Shown one piece after another: positions 56,951 through 64,000 of a stretch of DNA of 64,000 nt. The stretch is from an uncultured archaeon (GTDB lineage Archaea; Altiarchaeota; Altiarchaeia; IMC4; SCGC-AAA252-I15). The stretch is from positions 1 to 64,000 of the forward strand of contig CAZPLO010000004.1 in NCBI GenBank assembly GCA_964587725.1, given 5' to 3'. The notes under the pieces were generated by a model, which made no database searches, was not told the DNA's origin, and saw only the letters and a list, made by a program, of their open reading frames with translations. Both the position numbers and the translations under genes were made by a program. Position 1 is the stretch's first letter. Every line of letters starts with the position of its first letter.

Positions 56951-57673
56951 TCACATCAGCAGGATGAACGCCCCCGACACTAGCAAGACCGCGGACATTA
57001 TGCCCGAAACCAGCCTGCCGTCGAGCGACGGGGGGGTGACTCTCCCCAGGAGGACGGTCAGGTACATGAACGGCAGCGCTATGATGGAGTGGACGAGCGT
57101 CGTCGAGTATATGATGCCGGAGAGGGCGTAGACTGCCACCTGAAGTGCCGACGCCGCCAACACCACGGAAGCCACCGGCCGGGGAGATTCGATTACGTGC
57201 CTCTCCCTTACCCCGTGGAGGAGAGGCGGTTTACCTGCATTGAATAAGCCGGTGAGGAATCCTCCTGAGAGCATGTAAACCCAGTCGGGGACCTTCAGGG
57301 CGCGGACTCTCATCCCCTCACCCAGGAATATCTTCAAGGCGTAGAACACTGCCAATGCGCCGAACGCTATCCTCAGCGCTGACGCCGGCGTCAGCCGTAG
57401 CAGCAGCGCACCCAACACCACGCCGAACAATATAGGAGCCAGGGCGGGAGCGTAATGCATTAGTGACGGCCCCGGAGGGAGACTTCGATACGATGATATG
57501 GCGTACACAAGCTCCACCACCGCCAGTACTGCAACTGCAAACTTCACATCCTCGAACAATAGAACAAGCAGGGGCATCGCCGCCAAGGTGCTGCTGAACC
57601 CGGATAGTGAGCGCAGGAAATACGCCAGGAACACCACCAGCCCAAGGGCGAAGAATGCGAGAACCGACGCCAT
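56951..57673 (-). CDS. TauE/SafE (TSUP) family transporter
   Basis: RSLSGFSS..AMPLL and SGGFLTGLF..G.PP repeats; about 8 TMs. Confidence 0.8.
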   Translation of the reverse strand: MASVLAFFALGLVVFLAYFLRSLSGFSSTLAAMPLLVLLFEDVKFAVAVLAVVELVYAISSYRSLPPGPSLMHYAPALAPILFGVVLGALLLRLTPASALRIAFGALAVFYALKIFLGEGMRVRALKVPDWVYMLSGGFLTGLFNAGKPPLLHGVRERHVIESPRPVASVVLAASALQVAVYALSGIIYSTTLVHSIIALPFMYLTVLLGRVTPPSLDGRLVSGIMSAVLLVSGAFILLM

Positions 57674-57706
57674 GGATAGTGATTAAAAACACGGGAATAA
57701 AACCCT

Positions 57707-58906
57707 TTACTGCGGCTTATCCAGCATGCGGGAGACCGCCACCGCAAGCAGGCACACCGCCCCGGCCGGGATGAACGCCCACAGGTAGCTGCCGGTCATA
57801 TCGAAGACGCTGCCCGCCAGTATCGGCCCCGCTATGCCCGCTACACCATATGCGGTGAACACGAGCCCGTAGTTGACTCCCACGTTCTTGGTGCCGAAGA
57901 AATCCGCGGTGGCGGACGGGAACAATGCGAAGTTGCCTCCGAAGTTGAACCCCACCCACGCGGCCGCCACCGTCAAAAGAAGCTCCGACGACCCCATGTT
58001 AATCAACGCGAGCATCATCAACCCCTGGAGCAGGAACATCAGTGACATCGCGTTCTTCCGCCCCATCCGGTCGGAGACCGCACCCCATATTATGCGGCCG
58101 GCTCCGTTGAACAGAGCAAGCACGCCGACTGCGTTGCCGGCGACGGCGGGGGTGAGGCCACTGTATACTCCGTAGGGCTTCAGTATCCCAATCACCATCA
58201 ACCCGGCGGCTGCTCCGAAGATGAACATGAGCCAGAGCATCCAGAACTGCCGTGTCCCGAGCATCTCACGGTATTCGAAGTCGACCTTCGAAACCGTTTC
58301 CTTCGCCTCCGGGGGACTCCAGTTCGAGGGCTTCCAACCCATCGGCGGGTTCTTCAGCAACTGCGCGCCGGCAACCACTGCCAGCAAAAATATTATGCCG
58401 AGGTTGGTGAACGCCTGCAGTATGCCGGATGACTCGATGAAGATGGTCGCGACCTTGGCGAACACCCACGCGCCCGCCCCGAATCCTGCGACCGCGAGGC
58501 CGGTTATCAACCCCCTCTTGTCGGGGAACCATTTCACGCACGCCGCAATCGGGCACACGTACGCTAGGCCTATGCCTGCGCCTCCGATGACGCCGAGGGT
58601 CAACGCCACCAATGGGAAGCTGCCGCCGGTGAAACCCGCAAGCAGGTATCCTGCTCCGAGGACCAAGCCGCCGGCGGTAGCCACGACGCGGGGGCCCCTG
58701 CAGTCCTGCTGCCGGCCAGCATACACCATCACCACCGCGAATGTTGCGAGGGCGAGGGAGAATATGATCTGGGTTTCGGTGGTGGAGTAGTCGAACGCGT
58801 CCTTCAACGGGTTCACGAACACGCTCCAACTGTATATGGCGCCCAAACACAACTGTATGACGAGGGCGCCTGCCACAACCAGCCACCGATTGCCTGACAT
58901 TTTCAC
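57707..58906 (-). CDS. OFA-family MFS transporter (oxalate/formate/lactate-type)
   Basis: GAIYSWSVF, KWFPDKRGL, NGAGR..WG..SD, FGTKN.G.NYG. Confidence 0.92.
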   Translation of the reverse strand: MKMSGNRWLVVAGALVIQLCLGAIYSWSVFVNPLKDAFDYSTTETQIIFSLALATFAVVMVYAGRQQDCRGPRVVATAGGLVLGAGYLLAGFTGGSFPLVALTLGVIGGAGIGLAYVCPIAACVKWFPDKRGLITGLAVAGFGAGAWVFAKVATIFIESSGILQAFTNLGIIFLLAVVAGAQLLKNPPMGWKPSNWSPPEAKETVSKVDFEYREMLGTRQFWMLWLMFIFGAAAGLMVIGILKPYGVYSGLTPAVAGNAVGVLALFNGAGRIIWGAVSDRMGRKNAMSLMFLLQGLMMLALINMGSSELLLTVAAAWVGFNFGGNFALFPSATADFFGTKNVGVNYGLVFTAYGVAGIAGPILAGSVFDMTGSYLWAFIPAGAVCLLAVAVSRMLDKPQ

Positions 58907-58971
58907 AACAAATGGTAGCAGGCCTTTAAATATTAAAGTAATAACCCCGTCCTACCCCATCATATAACAGG

Positions 58972-61908
58972 ATGCACAAGCCCGTTGAACGCCCGCGCGG
59001 GAGGGGCGGAGAACCGGGAGCCCCCGACGACCGCGGAACAGAGGCGCAGAGGGACATCATAGTCGTAACCGCCCCCACAATCAAGGACAAACTGATGTAT
59101 CAGGGGATGCTGCATGCCGCCCGTTTGAAGGGGCCGGAAGACAGGGACGCCATAAGGGTAGTCGACTACCTTGCCACGCATGTCCGGGGGTTCCGGAACG
59201 TCGACCCCGACCGTCAGAGGGAAAGCCTTATGGAGGCTGTCGGGGGGGACGTCGACGCCAAGGCCATATACGTCAAAGACGAGAGAGGTTTCGTGAGAAA
59301 CGCGAACGAAATCCGGGAGTCGCTCCGAGAAGGCGACATGAAGGATGTGGTGAAGCTGCTGAAGGCCGTTGAGGGGAGGGTCCACCGGGACGAGTACCTG
59401 TTCTACAAAGGCATGGTGGACGACTACGCCGCCGAACACTGGTCTGAAGGCCCTAAACCCGAGGGCTGGAGCGACTACGAAGGCATCAGGGGTGAAGTGG
59501 AGGATAACCCCCTGATGAGGCGCGGGAAACAGGACGTCGGATTGGGCAGACGGCAGATAGAGTTGGTTGAGGCTAGCATCGAGGCATACAACCGGGCTGC
59601 TTCCCCCATGCTTCAGGGAATGGACGGGGAAACCCAGAGGGAGGCCAGCGCCCTCACCTCCTGGATGATGATAGACGAGATGAGCGAGGAAACACGGCTG
59701 GAGACTGTGGAGAGGCTGAGGCGGGTGTCCGAATCCGACATAGGCGCCGGCGTGAAGACGGACGTCATGGGGGACATAGTGGGCAGAGGCCTTAACATAG
59801 AGGTGGAGAAGACCATGCTGTCGTGGGTGGATGAGGGCCCTGAAACGTTCTTCAAAAACATAAGCTACATGGAGGGGGCGTGGATGTTCTCCAGGCCCCC
59901 GCAGGAGGAGGTGGATGAGGTTAAGGGCATAGTTGACTCCCTCCCCGAAGGGGATGGGGAGCAGTTCCTGAAGACCTACGTCAGACTCATTAAAATACGG
60001 TCCCCCATAGCCACGGAAGACCCGGACCGGAAAAACCCCACAAGGCGGCGGTACGTGAGAGACGTTAAACATGCCGTCGACTCAGGAGATGAATTCGGGT
60101 GGGTGATTGGCAGATACCACTACAGAGCCATGGTCAACGGACTAGTCAACGAACTGGACCTCCTGCCGTCTGACGGGAAGCTCCGGCTGATTACGGGACT
60201 ATACGACCTCCGGGGGAACGCGGAAACAGGGGATGACATGAAGAGGGTGGCGCAGGTTCTGGAGGTCTGCGAGAGGATGGACCCCGCCCACCGGCTCCCG
60301 TCGGTTTCGGAGATGCTGGTTGCGACCGAGTTCCTGTGGGCGGCCGCCGGAAAAAAGCCAGGGGCGGAGGCGATGTACACTATGTCCCTGGTGGCGTCGA
60401 ACCACGAGCACCTGGAAAACCTTTTCAGATACACGAAGATGGTTGATGACAGACAGTTCAGGAAGATGGTGGGTGAGCTTGCAGACACCTCCGCCCAGCC
60501 GGCGCAGACCATCGAGGGAGTAAGGGAGGACAGTTACGCGGAAGAATACGGCAAGATGCTTGACAGGGGGGAGGTGGAGGGTTTGAGCGAAGGCGAGATC
60601 GACCGGCAGAAACACATGTTCTCCCTGTACGGAATCCTGGCGGACGACATACGGTACATGGACGCGGTGGGGCGGGCCGCCAACAGCATCGCCGACGTTA
60701 GCCCCGGGGCTGCGAAGGCTTACTGGAACACATACTATGTGGAGCCTGCGGAGACGCTGTGGGACGGCTCCCTCAACGAGGAGAGGATGGCGGTCGGAGA
60801 GCTCGTTGATTCCGTGGGCAGGATAACGGACCACATGTTCATCGGCGCCTTCGTTGAACATTACGCCGAGAACCCCGGTTCCATTGAGAGGGTAAATGAT
60901 TTGGACGGCATGAAAATCAGGGGCGAGAGCCTCTCCAAGGAGGTGGCGCTGGCCATGGGCAGGAGCCCCGAACACCTGAAAATCCTCGGAGGAGACACCA
61001 TAGACAAACTCGCCGACAACTACCACGGCGGACGATACCTGGTGGAGGAGTTCCTCGATAGTTTGAAGAACGACGAACTCAACATGGCGAGGGCGTACGA
61101 CGCACTGCTCCACGCGGACAACAGGACCGCACAGAAACTTCGGAACGATTACTTGAGGGGCGGGCTGGCTGACGCCGACCTCGAGGGGGTGGAGTTGACG
61201 GCAGAGAACATAGGGGACGAATTGGAGAGGGTTGCTGGGGAGAAGAAGGCGCGGGAGGATGCTGAACGGAGGTTCCGGCAGACTGTTTCAAAGGAACTCG
61301 GTGCCGTCGGAAAGGACTACCTGCATCTGGCTGATGCCGTTCCGGTGCTGCGCACTCCGGAACATGTGGAGTCGTTCGGCAGGTTGTATAGCGGAGTCGG
61401 CGAAAGGATGAGGTCGAGGGTTGTGGGGCTGGCGTTGGATGCGGCTGAGAGGCGGAAGACTGAAACCGCGGCGGAAATCATGGAGTCGGCAGATCTCGCG
61501 TCAAAACTGGAGAGCCTGTCTAAGACGCCTTATGCGGCTAACAATTTCATGGACGTATTGTACGCGGCAGCGCTCACCTCGGATGAGGGGGAGTTCGACG
61601 CGGGGGTGCGGCGGGTCTTCAGACTGCGCGAGATACAGGAGGCCCTGGTGGTTGAGGGGGTGCTCGACTTCACCGGCGTCAAAGACGAGATGAGGGGAGA
61701 CGCGGTTGAGATGGTGTTGAACACACCGCTGAAGCAGCGGCCGTTCCTTACGGCACTGCCGACCTCCGAAATGCTTGAGCACGGGGAGGGGCTGCGGAGG
61801 TTCATGGACGAGAACCCACACATCGTCGAAGCCATGTCCAACACCGTTTACGTTGAGGCGAGGGAAAACGGCAGAACATACGTTCTGGGAGGTGGCGGCG
61901 GTGAATAA
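58972..61908 (+). CDS. large helical hypothetical protein (978 aa)
   Basis: long ORF with host-like codon usage; no recognised domain. Confidence 0.75.
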   Translation: MHKPVERPRGRGGEPGAPDDRGTEAQRDIIVVTAPTIKDKLMYQGMLHAARLKGPEDRDAIRVVDYLATHVRGFRNVDPDRQRESLMEAVGGDVDAKAIYVKDERGFVRNANEIRESLREGDMKDVVKLLKAVEGRVHRDEYLFYKGMVDDYAAEHWSEGPKPEGWSDYEGIRGEVEDNPLMRRGKQDVGLGRRQIELVEASIEAYNRAASPMLQGMDGETQREASALTSWMMIDEMSEETRLETVERLRRVSESDIGAGVKTDVMGDIVGRGLNIEVEKTMLSWVDEGPETFFKNISYMEGAWMFSRPPQEEVDEVKGIVDSLPEGDGEQFLKTYVRLIKIRSPIATEDPDRKNPTRRRYVRDVKHAVDSGDEFGWVIGRYHYRAMVNGLVNELDLLPSDGKLRLITGLYDLRGNAETGDDMKRVAQVLEVCERMDPAHRLPSVSEMLVATEFLWAAAGKKPGAEAMYTMSLVASNHEHLENLFRYTKMVDDRQFRKMVGELADTSAQPAQTIEGVREDSYAEEYGKMLDRGEVEGLSEGEIDRQKHMFSLYGILADDIRYMDAVGRAANSIADVSPGAAKAYWNTYYVEPAETLWDGSLNEERMAVGELVDSVGRITDHMFIGAFVEHYAENPGSIERVNDLDGMKIRGESLSKEVALAMGRSPEHLKILGGDTIDKLADNYHGGRYLVEEFLDSLKNDELNMARAYDALLHADNRTAQKLRNDYLRGGLADADLEGVELTAENIGDELERVAGEKKAREDAERRFRQTVSKELGAVGKDYLHLADAVPVLRTPEHVESFGRLYSGVGERMRSRVVGLALDAAERRKTETAAEIMESADLASKLESLSKTPYAANNFMDVLYAAALTSDEGEFDAGVRRVFRLREIQEALVVEGVLDFTGVKDEMRGDAVEMVLNTPLKQRPFLTALPTSEMLEHGEGLRRFMDENPHIVEAMSNTVYVEARENGRTYVLGGGGGE

Positions 61909-64000
61909 ATTCTACAGGGTCGACGACGGACGCCTGCGTGAAGAAGACCCTGATGCCGTCGGAGGGTTGAAACGGACCAGGGCAGATGTCAACGCCGAAA
62001 GGATAACGGAGGGTGAGGTGCCGCCGCAGTTGATGCCGCCTCTGATGCATGCTATGGCGGACGAGCCACGCCGCATGTACGACGCATACCTGTTCAGCGC
62101 CAAAAACCCGGAAGGCTTCGAAACAGTCAATGGCCTCCTCAGGGACGGTAGGATAGATGCGGACGAATTCAACACAGCCGTGAAACTGGGGGTGGACCGG
62201 CCGGCGGCGTTCAAGGATTTGAAGGACGTCATCTCCGAAGGCGGTGAAATGGTGGAGCGGTCGAGACTCGTCCTGGCGGTGGCTGCCAGAGGCTATGACA
62301 GGTTCGTTGAAGACAGTCTGCTGGCGGCCATGGACGACGAGCTGGGACTGGAGGATGTGAGGAAGCTGACGCGGGAGCTGAAGGCTGGCGAGGTAGGGGA
62401 ATCAGAACTCAAGGGTAAACTTGAATCCCTGTGGCCGCAGCCGGAACCCCTGGAGCAGGAAGTCCGGGAGGTGGTGCAGCCGGAGGTACGTGAGCCGGAG
62501 ATCACGCCGGAGGAGAGGAAAGCCAACCAGGTTGAAGACAGCATAATGACCACCTTCCCCGACGAGCACTGGAACCGGGCCGCCGACGCCTACGCCAGGT
62601 TCAAGGACGGCGGCCACAGCCTCACCGAAACCGAATGGCGGGACGTATTCCACGCCGTCGGGAGAACCCATGAAGACCGTTTCCCGGAGGAGAAGATACT
62701 CTATTTTGAAAACATGATGGCGCAGCCGGAGCACATAAGCATGTACGTGAACAATGAGAGACTCAGCAGGGCTTGGAAGCTGATGGAGGGTGTGGGCGCG
62801 GACATAAGATACAACCCAGACCAGGATTTCAGGAGGGAGTCGTTCAATACAGTATTCCTCAGAGAGCCCGAAGTCTTCCAGTTCCTGACAGGGGAAAAAT
62901 CAGATTCCATAGGGGAAGCGGTTAATGGGGTGAGGGTTGTGTGCGGACGCGATAACGCGCTGAAGTACCTGAGGCACATTATCTCCCACCGCGGACAGGC
63001 GGACGTGCTTGCTGACGCGTCTCGGGTGACCAGGGCGGGTATGCTGGTGGACTCGGTCAATGAAGAGGAAGGCGGGTTGCGGGAGAGAGCATTCTATGAC
63101 GTGTTCCTGTCCGAACCCGGCGACTTCCAGCTGCTGACGGGAGAGATGGCAGGCGGCCTCCGGGAGGCTGTGTCGACGGTGGACTCCCCCGTCGAACACC
63201 GGCTGAGGTTCCTAGAGCACATGCTGTCACCGGAAGACCCCGGCAGAGACTACATGGAGGCTGTGGCGGACGGCAAAAGCTTCGGCATCGCGGCGAACGT
63301 CATGGACGGCCTGCGGCACATCACCCACGAATTCAACAACGGCAGGGGCGTGTTCAAATCCGACGAGGCGCTGGCGGAGGCAATGGCGGGATACGGCCTG
63401 GAGGGAAGATACGACGACATGGTGTTCGAGAGCGTGTTCATCCGCTCCCCTGACACCTTCAGAAGAATCGCCAGCGGGAAATCCCACGAGGCCATGAGGG
63501 AGATACTGACGGACAACGATAAAATCCGGAGTGCGGGCCACTACATGAAAGACTACATACTGCTGCTGGGCAAGAGACCCGAGGTGCTGGGGAACTTCAT
63601 AGAGGTGGAGGAGGGCAGGATCATATGGGCGGACAGGATACCCGTGTACATCAGCGCAGTCTCGCGGCTGCAGGACGGGGACAGACGCGTTAAACGGTAC
63701 TTCCATGCGATGATGGGCGGCAGCGAATACGCGACGGCTTTGAGCAACCCCGAAGTCATCGACAGAGCCCTTGGCTACCTCCGAGACCCCAACGTTATGC
63801 GCTACCTGCAGCCGACTACGGCAGTGCACCCCGACTTCATGGCCATGGACAGGGAGGAGCAGGCGGCTGAGCTGAACACAGTCCGCAGAATCATAGAGGA
63901 GGAAGAGAGGGTTGAGGCTCCTCATAGGGAGGGGCCTGGGGTCAAGGAACCCCGGCGACGGGAGAGGGAAGCCGGCGTGGAGAGGGAACGCAGGCCTCTG
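61901..64000 (+). CDS. large hypothetical protein with internal repeats; runs off the window end (absent from ORF track)
   Basis: GTG at 61901 after GGAGGTGG; frame read open from VNKFYRVDDG to ERERRPL at 64000. Confidence 0.75.
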   Translation, partial: MNKFYRVDDGRLREEDPDAVGGLKRTRADVNAERITEGEVPPQLMPPLMHAMADEPRRMYDAYLFSAKNPEGFETVNGLLRDGRIDADEFNTAVKLGVDRPAAFKDLKDVISEGGEMVERSRLVLAVAARGYDRFVEDSLLAAMDDELGLEDVRKLTRELKAGEVGESELKGKLESLWPQPEPLEQEVREVVQPEVREPEITPEERKANQVEDSIMTTFPDEHWNRAADAYARFKDGGHSLTETEWRDVFHAVGRTHEDRFPEEKILYFENMMAQPEHISMYVNNERLSRAWKLMEGVGADIRYNPDQDFRRESFNTVFLREPEVFQFLTGEKSDSIGEAVNGVRVVCGRDNALKYLRHIISHRGQADVLADASRVTRAGMLVDSVNEEEGGLRERAFYDVFLSEPGDFQLLTGEMAGGLREAVSTVDSPVEHRLRFLEHMLSPEDPGRDYMEAVADGKSFGIAANVMDGLRHITHEFNNGRGVFKSDEALAEAMAGYGLEGRYDDMVFESVFIRSPDTFRRIASGKSHEAMREILTDNDKIRSAGHYMKDYILLLGKRPEVLGNFIEVEEGRIIWADRIPVYISAVSRLQDGDRRVKRYFHAMMGGSEYATALSNPEVIDRALGYLRDPNVMRYLQPTTAVHPDFMAMDREEQAAELNTVRRIIEEEERVEAPHREGPGVKEPRRREREAGVERERRPL

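Overview
An archaeal core-genome window, GC-rich with short AT-rich intergenic spacers. Archaeal markers include an HMf-type histone, an archaellin, CarS, SepCysS with a small SepCysE-like partner, archaeal-type ValS/LeuS and a PAC2 chaperone. The gene mix tentatively suggests Altiarchaeota (inference only). It holds housekeeping genes (thiL, guaA, purF, gdhA, glnA, asd, valS, leuS), a Ca-type P-ATPase, group 3b hydrogenase beta/gamma/delta genes with no large subunit beside them, a carS-phytoene-desaturase-like-larA cluster, many Thr-rich/Cys-rich surface proteins with CcdA and thioredoxin-like partners, one tRNA-Ser(GGA) and several large orphan ORFs. No CRISPR array, transposase or integrase was seen. 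The most notable signals are (1) an unannotated 29-aa bS22/mS38-like basic protein, (2) a tRNA-Ser locus with an acceptor-stem-mimic hairpin upstream and tandem copies of its 3' end downstream, (3) an identical 14-bp motif at the same distance from the TATA box of valS and leuS, and (4) scattered orphan enzyme-like ORFs that share a basic/His leader ending in GG[ED]. Family assignments come from motif recognition by eye, not database searches.
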